DNA of 64,000 bases from the human T2T-CHM13v2.0 reference genome, Homo sapiens, in the NCBI RefSeq assembly GCF_009914755.1, contig NC_060927.1. One strand, written 5' to 3'. The notes under the pieces were generated by a model. That model had not been told where the DNA came from. It made no database searches and saw only the letters and a program-made list of their open reading frames with translations. The position numbers and the translations under genes are program-made. The stretch's first letter is position 1, and the number at the start of each line of letters is the position of its first letter. Of this stretch, positions 32,128 through 53,971 are shown piece after piece.

Positions 32128-32635
32128 TAAGTTTGAAAGCACATCCTAAATACGAATTGTGAAAACAAAACGTACAACCGTGTGTGTGTGTGACTGTATA
32201 CGCATGTATGTGAATGTACCTATAACTACTCAAAGAAATTTTAAAAGCCTGGAAGGATTCACAAAAACTCTTACTGGTGGTGGGGGTAGGAAGGTAGAGA
32301 ATTGCATTTAAAAGCAACTTTATATTTTTTTTGTCTTCTATTTCCTAAAAGAAAAGAAAATTGAAAAGCAATTATTAGAAAGCATAGTTATACTGTCATT
32401 TATGTCTTAAAGCAAATGAAAAGCAAAGCAGTTTACATATGCACATAAAAGCTCCTAAGCCTCACTACCAAAGTATTTTTAGCCATGATTTCCTCTGGGA
32501 GGTGGGATGAAAGGGCTCTCCTTCCTTATTTGCCTATGTTGCCTAAATTGTTACCCATTACATTTATAAACAGCAAAGTGATCAATAATTCTCTTAAGAA
32601 GCAAAGCAATTGAGTAGCAACTCGTAGGATTGAAG

Positions 32636-34950
32636 ATGGCAGATGCACAGTAGAAGGGACAGCACATTCTTGAGGGGGGACTTGAGTACAAACCATGGCT
32701 TCAGCTCAAGCAACTACAAAAGGATGTTCTCCAGTTGAACAGATGTAAGGAGAAAAAAAAACAGGCAAGTGAGGTAGAGAACAAGAAGAGCAAAATGCTA
32801 CCAAAACACAACATGCAAAACAAAAATAAAAAACCTATCCAGAAAGAAAACAGAAACAAAGAAAAGGAGTAGCCAGCAACAATGGAAGAAAAAAAATAAA
32901 AGTTGAAGAAAAAGAGAAATACAAGCAGTGCTGCCATTAATGTTCCACAGACACAGGATCAGCTGACTCTGTACAGATCACCTGCATCCAGAATTTCTCT
33001 AATATGACTCTTGGTTCAGTCTAGAGAGCAATCTCATCAGTATCTTCTTGTCCCTAAAAGCTTCTTTATCTAGAAGTAAAAGTACCCAGACATTATTGGT
33101 GGAAAAGATCCATCAGTAACAGCCATCAATCTACTCCAGGATCCAAATATGCCCATAAATAGCCACTGAACTGACAAACTAAAGACTCATGAGAGAAGAA
33201 CTGGAGTGTCTACAAAAAGTGTGAGATGGACAACAGGTCTCAGAACTTGTTGCAAAGTGGCCCCACTACCCTGTGCACAAAGTCACAGATGAAGGTCATA
33301 TCCCCTGAAAATGCTGACCCCTTCCATCTCCCACCACTGTGAAGCAAATGTAAAAGGAGTGACACTTATGAAATTAAAAGAGCCACCACCTTCTACATTT
33401 GCTCTGAACTAATACCTATCCAATGTCCTCTGCTCTCAGCAAGTGCTGCTAATACTGTCAAAAGAAATGACAGTAAACTAAGATGTAAAGAAGACTCACA
33501 CTAGAAGGCATGCAATCATCCAGGGATAAAAAAGAAACTACAGCCCTACTCTATGGGCCAAGAAGAGGCAAGAAAAGAGCTACATTAGGGATCACACATG
33601 CTGAGGAAGCTGCTACAGTTCTGGCAGAGAACTGAAGCCTTGCTGTGAAAAAGGGGAGTGGAGTAAGAATAAGTATTCAAAGGAAAAAAAAAAGGGAAAA
33701 TGAAAGAAGAAATAAAGTAAATAAATGAAGGCCTATAAAAGGAGACTCGAAGACTGAGAAGCAGTGGGAGCTTCAGGACCAAGAGGAGCAGGCTCCAGCC
33801 TCGGTGCGTGCCAGCAGCACAAAAGGGAAGGAGAAACACCTGATCAGGAGAAAGCTGAAAAACAGAAAAAGAAGAGAGACTTTCATGGCCAAACTTGCAG
33901 AACAGACAGAAGAGAAAGAAAACCAAAGTATGAAAAGAACCAAAATGCTGCTAAAGATGAAGATAAATCTGGCAATTAAGTTAAAGAGAAAGAAATTGAG
34001 GCCAGAGAGAAACACTTTTAAGAAATGTACCCAGTGAAAAATATAAATGGCACTGACCAATCTCAGGAAATTGACACCTACAGTCAAATTAGCTCCAAAA
34101 ATAAGTCTCCAAGCAGGACTGTTCTGAAGCAGCTGCTGCACAAATGTCCAAAAGGGTCAGTGACTTTTTTTTCCCCCCTACAACAGCTAACTTCCAGATT
34201 TTTGGAGGAGGACGGGGGAACAAGGGTTTCACTATATTGCCCATGCTGGTCTTGAACTCCTGGGCTCACACAATTCTTCTGCCTCAGCCTTCTGAGTAGC
34301 TGGGATTACAGGCGCATGCCACCTTGCCTGGCAGTAATGTATTTGTAAAGAGGTGATGAGAAGACTGACAGAAAATTCAGGGCGAATGCCTGTGAATATA
34401 GTGAGGATTCCAGTCCTTGAGTCAAAGAAAGGTTAGCTCAGCCTCTGCAATCATGAACATGAATAAAGACCTCACGGGCCTCTCAAACTCTGAATGAAAG
34501 ACCCAGAGCATAGTGAACATACAGCTACCTCAGCAGACAGCTGAGCCCGCCAATGAAATTCAGGTATCTTAATGCCACAGGCTTCTCCCAAGTCCCAACT
34601 AGCTTTTAAGCATAGAAGAAAAGCTTCATTTATCTTCTTGCTGAGATTATATCACAATTACACTCAGAACTGGGAAGGAACATGAGCTGGATCTTATTCT
34701 CAGGACTCTCCCCCCAGAGCTTTATACCTTAACCCAGTTTCATTCCCACAAAGAAAATGGCTTTGAAAAGAACAGGGAAACTTCCAACCAAGATCTTGAT
34801 ATTTTTCAAGGAGATTTTCTTCTGTTACATTGTTTCTTCACCTCATGGCCAATGTAATTTCTTTGTTTTCCTTTTAATGTCCCCATGAGCTAGTCTCTTA
34901 TTTTTGTGTTTTCCTACCAGTGTAAGTGTATAGAAGGTATATAAACTGAT
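32636..34950 (+). pseudogene. Decayed processed pseudogene of a MAP7-family gene (most like MAP7D3), interrupted by an Alu at about 34201-34332
   Basis: ATGGCAGATG start; purine-rich coiled-coil-like segments; GITHAEEAATVLAEN*SLA at about 33589-33645 resembles the MAP7 motif GTTDAEEA.K.LAEKRRLA; ...SMKRTK at about 33930 resembles EEIMKRTRK; no introns, many stops and frameshifts. Confidence 0.6.
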
Positions 34951-34979
34951 ATTAAGCAAACAGGTTTCCAAGATAATCA

Positions 34980-35333
<354 letters not shown>

Positions 35334-35359
35334 TTAAAATAATATTTATATTCATTTAC

Positions 35360-37833
<2,474 letters not shown>

Positions 37834-39149
37834 ACAAGGAAAAAGAAAATAAATTTAAGAATAGGAAGGAAAAAAAGAAATTCATAAATTCAATCTTACA
37901 GAACACCTAACAATTCGCCTGAGAGTCACAGAAATGTACTCTTTCACATTGTTTCTAATACAAAATCTTGAAAATTGCAAAATACAGTGTTATGTTTTAC
38001 TATAGTTTACTCTCTGACATCGTAGACTGCTTATGCACTAATTCTTCCTGGATACCGGAAGCCAGAGAAAACCTAGCGGTGGAATACTTGCCATTTTTCA
38101 TGCTTTTTGTCAGTTTCCTTTTTAAGTGCATACTGAGGTTTATCTTCAAAACATTCTCATCTTTTCGGCTTACAGTAAGACTTTTTTTTTTTTCTAACCA
38201 AAATGTGTCTGCCTTTCATTAAGATAACATAAAAGAGCAGCCTAATTCTTTGGTCCCTGAATATGCACACACATGCATGCACACACACACACGCAGACAC
38301 ACACACAACACATGGAGGCTCTCTGAAACTGCTTAATCAAATTACTGCTCAAACCACTCCCTGGCACTTCCTTGCAAAACAACCAACCTAATACTGAGTT
38401 TTTAGTTTTGCACTACAAGCCGTTTGAAACAGAATAACATTCTTTCCTGGCCACCACTTTTAAATTCGGAAGGAGACAATACTCTGATCTCTTAGGCCTG
38501 TGCAAGTCAGAGTGTGCTACAATCGCTGCAGGTTAGAGCTCTGCCTTTGTTTAAAAACTGCATTTTATATACTAGTTACTTCATTGTGAAAGATAACCAC
38601 CCTGACAAACAAGATTTTGCTATTTTTCTGCACAAATGTCACTTCACCATTTAGAGCTTCATGCAAATGTGTCTCCTACAGAAAATAAACTGCAAACACG
38701 ATTTCTTAATTATCCTCGCCAAAAAAAAAATGTTTTAGTGGTGTCATAATGCCAGCACTAATTTTAGCCAAAATAAGAACAAATGCATTCTACAAATTCA
38801 GGAGATTATAATTTTTAAAAAGCAGTAGTATGGATATACTTAATGTCACTGAATTACACACTTCCAAATGGTTAAATGGTAAACGTTTATGTATTGTATG
38901 GTAAATGTTATGTGTTATTTTGGCACAATATTGTTTCCTCACAATAATACTAACAGGTTTTTTAAAAAGCAAGAGCACGCTCTCATTTCGTAATATATAT
39001 TTATGGATGTCAGTGTGCAGAATTATGCACAGATATTTTAAATGTCAGGAGGCCTGGAGACAGATTTCAGGATTGCGGCTACTTTTACTTTTCTTCTACT
39101 TTCCCGTGTTATCTAATTGTCTCTGATAAATACGCTTTATATGCAGAAT

Positions 39150-39700
39150 TGGATGAAACGAGAAAGCCCGGAGAAACCCGGGCTCCAGATTCTCTACCCC
39201 GGACGCCTGGGAGGCAAAGAGGTTCTAGATACGCCCTCAGCGTGGCGGGGGCGGGATCCACCGCCAGACCCCCGCCACGGGCGCAGCCTCCAGGCCGGGC
39301 CCCGTCCGCCGCCCGGGCAGGCCCGAGAATGCCGCGGACTTCGGGGAGCCCCGCGCCCGCAATGCCGCCACCCCCACCCCCGCGCCCCGCCAGGCCTCTC
39401 ACCGACTCCCGCCGCCGAGCGACAATCGGTCCACCCGCCGCCACCGCAGCCGCCCGTCCCGCGCCTACCTCCCGGCGGCTCCAGTCGCGCACGCGCGTCG
39501 GCGCCCGGGGCCCTCCGCGGCCTCTCTAGGAAACTGGGAGGCCCAACGTCTCTGCTTCTCTCCGGCTCCGGTGCGGCGGGCGGCGGGGCTTGTCCAACAT
39601 CCCTCACCTCCCTCAGTTGGACATTTCCCTTCCACGCTCGGATGCCCAGCCGCGCCTGTTTTCTTGCATCCCTCCTGTCGTGTCTGCGGGGCTGCCCTGA
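39150..39700. promoter_or_regulatory. CpG island promoter of ZNF445
   Basis: Very high GC and CpG density against CpG-depleted flanks; GC boxes (GGGGCGGG) and an NRF1-like GCGCACGCGC at about 39486. Confidence 0.9.
39469..39550 (-). other. ZNF445: Probable ZNF445 non-coding exon 1 (TSS position approximate)
   Basis: Strong donor CGGGAG|gtaggc at 39469/39468 inside the only CpG island upstream of the SCAN exon; 5' boundary inferred. Confidence 0.65.
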
Positions 39701-40399
39701 AGGCCTCTTTCCCTCCAGGGAAGAAAGGGATCCAAAGCTAGGGGTGAAAATAGGGCCAGCAGTATCTAGCAGACTGGTCCTGGCCAGGAGAAGGGGTTAA
39801 GGGAGCCACTCATTCTTCGCCTGGGTACACTTCAAAGAGGGGAACCAGATCCTACGGGAAGCTAGGTGCCAGAACTCCTGCCTTTCCAAGACGAGCTCAT
39901 CCCCATCATCACCATACCCAGGAATACTTGTTCATAGCCAGCTCAGAGGTGCACCATACTTTAGCTTCCCACGGCCTTCACTCGTTTTCTCCTGTGGGTG
40001 AATTCTAACTAGGCTCGCCTGGTGAGTGAACAATGATGCCATTGCCCAATAATATGTGGAATCTGGGAGGAGTAGGTTGGGGGTAGGGGGTGGAGGGGCT
40101 GCTTGAAGAGGAGGTGAAGCAACCTGGAGAGGTTGCCCACCCCCTGTAGGAGCAAATGTCATCTATTGCCAGTGCCAGAGAACCTTGAGGGTGCACAGCC
40201 AAAGCCATAAGGCCATCTGCTGCCATTGGAGGGCATGCTACAAGCTGCTGTCCTGGTAGTCCTCTGGTTTGTGCTTCCTAGTGGCAGGCTGCAACATGTT
40301 GACGATTGATCTTTCAGATGGGCATTGATGATGCCCATCTGTGCCCTGAGGCTTTGCTTTACTCATCTGATCCACCCCTTTTTAATGCCCCAGTCACCA

Positions 40400-40852
40400 A
40401 AGATGGAAACAGAGAATAGATCCTGAACACCAGGAAGATGGTGACAAGGTGATAGAGAAACAGATGGCACATTCAAACAAGGTAAGTGGGGAGAGTTCAC
40501 AAGGGGCGATTTACACAAAGTGGACAGGGTTAAGGAAATGCAACACGGAGTGGTGCAGAATCCCATGGCTAGCAAAATTTAGAAGCTATTCTCACCCCTA
40601 GGAGCAGGCCATCTGAGAGAAACTGTGGCTTTCAGTTGAGGGCTACATCCAAGCCATAGTCCAGCACAAAGGAAGCTGAGGTAATAAATAACCTGAACCC
40701 AGCTCTCTTCTGATCTCCTGCCAGGGCTTCCCATTGGCCCAACTCAACTGGAAGCCAGAGGGCAATCCAGGAAACTCAGTCTCCCAAGTGTCACAGCAGG
40801 GTTGAGGACTGAGACTGAATATGGAGGGGCAATTGGAAAATATCCAACACAT
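40400..40852 (-). mobile_element. LTR33-like ERVL LTR
   Basis: GGGCTTCCCATTGGCCCAACTCAACTGGAAGCCAGAGGGC and GGGGCAATTGGAAAATATCCAACACA resemble recalled LTR33. Confidence 0.55.
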
Positions 40853-41003
40853 ACAAAAAGGAAAATAGAAACTGCTTGTCAATGCCTAATTTGTCCATTA
40901 ATTTCCACTCGATATAATGTTCTTGAGTGACTCAGAACCACCCATAGTGGTGAGAAGAGTTTTCAAGTTTTGTTTGAGAACAAAATTTTCCCATCGTAGA
41001 AGA

Positions 41004-41359
41004 GTTTGAGCAGGTTCTCTGTGTTTGGGATGTACTTACTGGATGTTTTTCAACGTGATAGGTGGTTAGCATGGATAGCACCCACATTTAGTGTGATCAA
41101 ACAGATCAACCAAATTGGCTTCACCAGCACTTGCAAAGTTCGGGAAGCAGCCACTGGGAGTGCAGCTCTGATTTTAAGACCTATACAGCTTCTTGAATCT
41201 CGAAGTTCTGCTAATACCTGATTTCTCCGAGTGCCACAGCACTCGAGCCTATAACCATGAGGTTTCTTCACTTTTCTGGTAGGAGGCATATTCTTGCTAC
41301 CTGTACTTCCTGAGCACTGTACTCTTTCAGATCGGGGCAGTTTGCTTAGTAAAAGCCCT
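41004..41359 (-). pseudogene. Decayed histone H3 (H3.3-like) processed pseudogene
   Basis: GGCTTTTACTAAGCAAACTGCCC resembles the H3 start (ARTKQTA); PPTRKVKKPHGYR resembles PSTGGVKKPHRYR; GAIHA resembles CAIHA; ends GAGAACCTGCTCAA, similar to GERA*; deletions and frameshifts. Confidence 0.7.
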
Positions 41360-41364
41360 AGGTA

Positions 41365-41693
41365 AGATTCTCAAATTCTCATGTGCATATGAATACAAAT
41401 CACTTGGGATCTGGTTAAACTGTAGATTCAAATTCAGGAGGTCTGGGGAGGGACCAACGAATATTTTTAACAAACTTCCAGGTGTACCCATATTGCAGTT
41501 CTTGGACCACACTTGGAGAAGCAAAGAACTGTGCATGTAAATCAGTGGTTCTTAACTTTGCTGCAGATTAGAATCCTCCTCAGAGCTTTTAAAAAGTCCA
41601 TACCTCATATCAATTCAATCCAAATCTTTGTGGGTGAGACACTGACAAGCCTAGATTTTAAAATCCCTAGATGATTCCAACATTTGAGAACCT
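41365..41693. mobile_element. Two adjacent MER5-type hAT DNA transposon (MITE) remnants
   Basis: TTCTCAAA...TTTTTAACAAACTTCCAGGTG...GGACCACACTTGGAGAAGCA and CAGTGGTTCTTAAC...TTTGAGAACC. Confidence 0.65.
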
Positions 41694-42701
41694 GGAAGTA
41701 GATAATTATCCTTTTACCCTGATTCCTTGCTACATGTAAAAACCACATGCTAAAGGATTGCATGTTCATTTGCTTCTTTGTTTTGGAATTTAAAGTGTAT
41801 CAGGATTCTGCCTTTCAAACAGAAGGGGGAAATTTCCTCCTTAATTTTTTTCTTCTTATTTTGAAATGGGGAAGAAAAAATTGGGGTGTTGAGATGGGGA
41901 TCTGGAATGTGACTTGAGAAAAGAGATAAGATGTTAAAACTAAGAATCAGTTGTGGGCAAACAAATTGGCCTGGTAGGATTTTCACTCCTTTTCTGGCCT
42001 CAAACTCAGCCCCTTCTCTGTAGTTTGAAGGAGGCAGGTTGAAATATTAGGATGAAAATAAAATAGAGCAATGTATCTGAGGATGGTGATTACTGTGATC
42101 CATTGGATTAGTGTACTCTTCTATAAGAAAAACATAAAACAAATGTTTAAGCAGTTAAATTATGTGTAATTGTGGCCATTTGAAATATATTACATATTAT
42201 ATCATATAATTAATCTTCTCTGAATTCCCCCTTCTGCCTCTAATTCTAAGATATTGAAAAATACATTTTAATGAGATTTTAGAAGGTGATCCAACTTTAA
42301 ATGAATTTTAAAATTATCATTTATATCAAAGAAATACTGATGCATTTAGTACTAATGAAGGACTTAAAATGAAAAATTGAACTCAACTCCCTCCTCCACC
42401 CTCCATCTTTTTCTGCAGAGGATATTCCTTGCATCTGAACATAAAAGTAGAGAAAGAGAGAGGATCAGGAAGCCAGGAGAGAATATACACGAATTTAAAC
42501 TTTATTGGTAGTGGAGGGGGTGAAAGAATCTTTGAGTCAGACCATAGCCATGAGGAAGAAAAACTATGGAATCTTTGCTTTTATGCATTGCTATACCTCA
42601 AGTACTTAGAACAGCACTGACTACATAGTATGTACTCAATAAACATTTGTTGACTAATCAATCTTCTCTATGTCTAACCCAGGCCCTTAGGAGGTCTCTA
42701 T

Positions 42702-43333
<632 letters not shown>

Positions 43334-43680
43334 ACTGCTTCTGTCCTGCCTTTTTTTCACTTGCCATTCTAATGTCAAGTGTTTTTTATCACATCACTAA
43401 ATAATCTTCAAAATTTTATTTTTCCTCAGGGCCCTGAAGTGATCCTCCTCCTGTTCACTGACACCCGTTGCCAAGAGAGAGAGAGAAAAAGAGAGAGAGA
43501 GAGAAGCAGGAAGAGAGGAGAGGGTGCTGGCCTTATTAGAGAAAGAATGTAAGGGGAAAGAAAACAATCATGTTAGCTTTGATTTCTGTAATAAGTCTGT
43601 ATCACAGACAGGCTTAGAAAGCAAAGCTTTGGCATTACAAGAGCCCATGAGGGAGCAAAGCTCTCTTATAGAAAGTCTGA

Positions 43681-44079
<399 letters not shown>

Positions 44080-44281
44080 TCACTCACCACCTGTGCCCCA
44101 GGCAAACCTGCTCCTCCTGCTTTCCTTATTCTCTATCTGAAGAAAGAAATAGGAAGTGTCAGTATGGGTACTAGAAGCCACATCTATCTATACTCATTAA
44201 TTCTTTCATTCACAAAGAATTTATTGATTATGCACTATGTGCTAGATACTGTTCCCGACCTGGGGTATATCAGTTACCAGG

Positions 44282-44966
44282 TGTCAAGCAACTGACACCT
44301 GTTTCCACCTCCAACAGAGAAGTCCCACTGGGTAGAGGACAGCAGAGCATAAAAATGAGTACCACCAAAACCAGCAGTCCTACGATGTTAAGCCACTGCA
44401 GGGTTTGAAGGTTTGGGGGTTGTCAAGAAAGACAAGACTTACACAAGCACTGGATGGAACATTTTACTCACACAGAGAAGAGACAGAGTAAGATCAGCTT
44501 CAATAGGGAGCATTGGTTCCCCATGGCCAGTGGGACTTGCCCTGCAACCAGGACAGACAGATGGTCTGCATACACTCTTTGTGTGTTGCCTGGGAGGGAC
44601 CCCATTCCCATCCCACTGAGAACAGATATAGCAGTGGGGTTGGGCTGGTACCATATGATGCACATGTTTAAGCAGAACAAAGAAGTACATGTCAAACCTG
44701 GAACAGGAAAAGATATTCCCAAACAGGGCAGTGAGCCCAGCACAGGGTGTGGAGGCTCTTTATCACCATGTAAGTAAAAGTTCCAAGCCCGAGGCACATT
44801 CTTTGAAACTGCAAGGTTTGACAGGCTGTGCAGGAGTGTCTTTCCCAGCAGTTTACCCACTGACCCTTGCTTGGCTGCTGAAATAGCAGATAAAACATAC
44901 TGAATCTAGCAGACCACCATCTGCCCTGAATTTGGAGGCAAAGCTGGGTCTGATGGGGCCTGAACA
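44282..44966 (-). mobile_element. Probable 3' LTR of the same class III ERV (MER54/MER73/MER74/LTR53-like group, family uncertain)
   Basis: TG...CA ends, preceded by a purine run AGGGG; AGTAAA poly(A)-like signal; colinear with the env tail once the intervening L1 is removed. Confidence 0.55.
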
Positions 44967-45010
44967 ACCCCTATGGATTAGGTTTGCTCACAGAATCTTC
45001 CTATCACTTT

Positions 45011-49212
<4,202 letters not shown>

Positions 49213-49667
49213 CCTGCCACTTTGATACAGCACTTCACAAGATCACTGGGAGAACCTGGGCTAGGAGGATAATCAGGCCTCCCTAGAGGATGGTGCTCAG
49301 CCAGTAACCCAAGTGCCCAGAATAAGGCAATTGAAATTGAAGAATTCAACAAATGAGTCTAAAGGGGACTGCAGGTATAGAGCAGATAACTATCCTGCCT
49401 GAGCATAGATCTTCTGTAGCTCAGTTTCTACTTTCTCTGAATTAATATACACAGAACAATAGGTTTTAGCAATAGCATGATTCCACTAGCAGATAATCAA
49501 AAGCTGTTTAATTGTCCATTACCACCTTGCTAGCTAGTTTAGTGAGCCTCATTGGTCTTGGATAGCTTGGGCAGCAGCATTAGTTATTTCTACCATGGTT
49601 AAGGACAGGTTGTGCACTATTTTTTCAAGAGTCTATATACTGATGCCTGGTATTAGAATGTGAACTG

Positions 49668-50263
<596 letters not shown>

Positions 50264-51369
50264 GAATGTGAACTGCAGAATTAAACCAGCTGTTGGTTTG
50301 TTCTCCTGGGAGAGTGCTACAAGTCATTCTGTGGCAGGTTAGCAGAGCAGGTCCCTTCTAGCTCTCTGTACAGTTGTTGACATGGACAGTGGGCCCTAGG
50401 ATTCCAAGGCAACAAGATCCTTCTGGAGATAGACATTGAGGCCCACAGAAGAATTCATAACCTAGAAGGGCACAAGTGACACCTGTCAGGCATTTGTTAT
50501 TATAGTCCTGGTCAGTCCATTTATATACAGTCTCAGCCTGTTTTTGCCCCATAGTTGCAGGGTGAGAAAAACTACATGTGGTACATCCACATCTGAAGTG
50601 CCAATATAAGTCAGTGATGCCCACGCCAACATGGGAGTCCTTTTGTCATATTATAATATTAAAGCAGGATACTCTAGCGTACGCCTGCATGCGGACTTGT
50701 TTCAAGGGAGTCACTCAGCAGTTTGAGCCACCGATAGCTTAGAATGTGAACTGGGCCAGGCGTGATAGCTTGAGGAAAGTCCGAGACACTGGGTAACAGC
50801 CAGGCCATTACAATGGAATTATAGGATAGGAGAGACTTCAGTAACAACTCCAGCATTGTTTGCTTGCTTCCTTCTCACCACAGCTGTACTGCTTCTTATC
50901 CAGATGTTGTCATGCCGGGCATGGCAGAGTCTTCTGTGAGACTGAGCAAGGTAAAAATTGATGATCCCACATGCCCCACCCCATGAAACTCCCCAGCCAG
51001 ATGCTCTTGTCCAGTGGCGTGGGGAGAGTATTCTGATTTCTGAGGCTGTAACTTATGCAGGGATCCATCACGCCTGTTACTTGACCTAAACTTTCAGCCT
51101 TGGTCATCCAACCTGGGGAGAGAGATCACATTCTGAAGAAATTTGGCATATCTTATAATATTGCCCACTTTGGGATCAGAAGTCCTGGTTACAACTGGAG
51201 GAACATTAGTTCCTCAATATTCTGTCAATGCTTTCCCTGTCCCCATGGGGTCCCACAAGAAAGAAATGCCCAAAGGTACCATTGCCTCCAGATTTAAATC
51301 AGGAGGCTCACTGGTGGCTCTAGTGGGTAGTGATTTCCAGCAGGAAGAAAGAAGAAAAAGAATGCCTGG

Positions 51370-51709
<340 letters not shown>

Positions 51710-52780
51710 CTAATCAAGGGATTGCCTGGTCCTCCACCTGTTGCAAGTTCAGTATTTCCCAACATGCATTGCAGTGATGTGTTTCTCTTCCACTGCAGTG
51801 TCTAGTGTTCAGATGGCTTTTGTGAGGTAGGGGTACCACCCACTAAGTTGTTCTCCCTAATGGCTTTTGCATAGTTGTTGTTTGAGCCACCCATTCCATC
51901 ATCTTTTTTTCTTCCTAATTTTTTTTTCAAGTTCTACCATTCCATCATTCTATCAACCCATTCACCAGGTAATGTTAGGGAGTACAAAAGGTCCCATCAT
52001 ATGTCATGGGAAAATGCCCATTACTGTGTAGCTTGTGCGGCAGCAAATGTGGTGGCCTTGATTGGCTTGGAATCCTGCTAGATATCAGAATACAACAGAG
52101 GTGTTTCTCTAAAGCCATAATAGTGGTTTCCACATCTACATGGCATACTGGAATGGTGGTCTCATCTCCAGAACGTGTACCCATGGCAGTGAGGCTTCAC
52201 CAGAATCCACGTCTGGGAGCTAGCTGTCCAATGTGGTCAATATCACACTGGCATGGGCCCTCTGTCCAGATGATGTGTCCCAGTTCACCACATTGTACGG
52301 CCTGGGCTAAAGGCAGGCCTCACATTACTGTACTGGATCTTTGGCTTCCATCTCTTTTAGGGCAAGTCTTCGTGATGTGGCCCGTTCTTGCATCTGAGGT
52401 GGACTTCCATGTCCCATTCTGTGGTAGATCCCATGGATAATTTTGGCCATTTTCTGAGCACATACTAGATCAGCTTGTGAGTTCATGTTCTCTTTTGAAT
52501 GGTCCTATGCCGTGACAAGTAGGTCTCTTTCCTAGTTCACAAACTGCTGTCATAGTCCTTGTCTCTACATAGAGGAGCCCTTAATGGTCCAATCATTAAT
52601 CTGCCAGTCACTGGACATATGGCTAGTCCATTTGTAATGGCCCATAAGTCTGTAAATGTGTAGCAGATAATTGCTGTTATATTTTCCTGAACAGCCATCA
52701 CCACAGCACAGAGTTCACCCAGAGTACTGGGCAGAGTATCCTTGTCTGGTCTCAGTCAAAAGATGACTATCCTTAGGATG

Positions 52781-53273
52781 TGTCTTAGTCTACTTGTGCT
52801 GCTATAGCAGAATGCCTGAGACTGGGTAATTTTATAAATAGAAATTTAATTTCTCACAGTTCTGGAGGTGGGAAGTCCAAAATCAAAGTCTCCATTTCCA
52901 CAATGGTGCCTTAAACATTGCACTCTCCAGGGGGAAAGAGCACACTGTTCCTCACATGGCACAACAGCAGAGGAAAGCAAACCCACTCTCATAAGCCCTT
53001 TTTATAGGGACATTAATCCATTCCTGAGGGTAAGCCTTCATGACCTAAACACCTCCCTTAGGCCCCATCTCCCAACACTGTTGTATTGGGGATTTTTTGT
53101 TTTTTAGACACAAGGTCTTGTTATGTTTCCCAAGCTGGTCTTGAACTCCTGAGCTCAAGCAATTCTCCCACCTCAGCCTCCTGAGTGGCTGGGACTACAA
53201 GCATGCAGCACTGCACCCAGCTGGGGATTAAGTTTTAACATTTTGGAGGCGACAAAACCATTCAATCCACAGC
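52781..53273 (-). mobile_element. MaLR (MST-type) LTR with Alu fragment
   Basis: TGTCTTAGTC...GCTGCTATAGCAGAATGCCTGAGACTGGGTAAT...CACAGTTCTGGAGG...TTCAATCCACAGCA. Confidence 0.75.
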
Positions 53274-53558
53274 AAGATGGACGGCTACAGCAGACCATTA
53301 GAGTTTATCAGCTTTGAGTTTCACAGCTCCCTCAGTGAGCCAACTCATACCATCAGCTGGAACATCTTTGAACCATGGGCTGCACCTAGCTAAGGGAACA
53401 TCCCCTATGGGCTGTTCGGCGTCCTCTGGCAAGACAGTTACTTCATGGAGTTGGCAGACCCCCTGGGATCCCAATCAGGCTCCATCTTATATGTAACATT
53501 TCCATTTAATGATGGTACTTGGCTGAACCTGTCGTGTTTTATTAGGATTAGTGAGCAC

Positions 53559-53971
53559 TGTGAAAAAAATAAAATCAGATAAAGAAAAATTTAAAAGTTT
53601 ATTGTTCAAACAAGAAGTACAGACCACAATCTAGAAGACTCAAATCAAGTGGTAAGAAATTAATCTTACAGCAGTTACAACACAGTTTATAATGCATAAA
53701 GGGGGGGAATATTTTGACCTTTTTTATAATTGGCTGTTATACATTCTTTTTAGGGCAAGTTGAGCTGTTTAAGCTTGTTGGTCTATAGCTGATTGGTTTA
53801 ATTTCAGTGAATCATGCTGGCAAGGATGTAAAGCTTACATTTTGCATTTCATTTATGATCAGAGACAGCATTTCAGGAAAATCAGAATGATTAGTTTTGG
53901 TTACACGGTTGCGGGTAGTCAGCCTTAGGGTATTTCTAAACTGGGGCTTCCATTTTTATTTTTCGTTAATA
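53559..53971 (-). mobile_element. LTR37-like solo LTR inserted in the ERV pol remnant
   Basis: Minus strand TATTAACGAAAAATAAAAATGGAAGCC...AAACCAATCAGCTATAGAC...TTTTTTCACA. Confidence 0.65.

Noticed and set aside
39109-39800. Overlapping 126-227 aa ORFs on both strands
   Set aside because: Stop-poor, GC-rich CpG island; low-complexity Pro/Arg/Gly translations with no recognisable domain
40315-40341. Hairpin CAGATGGGCAT-tgatg-ATGCCCATCTG, plus similar small inverted repeats near 60261-60296 and 60907-60924
   Set aside because: Stems of 8-13 bp are too short for pre-miRNAs; no support for function
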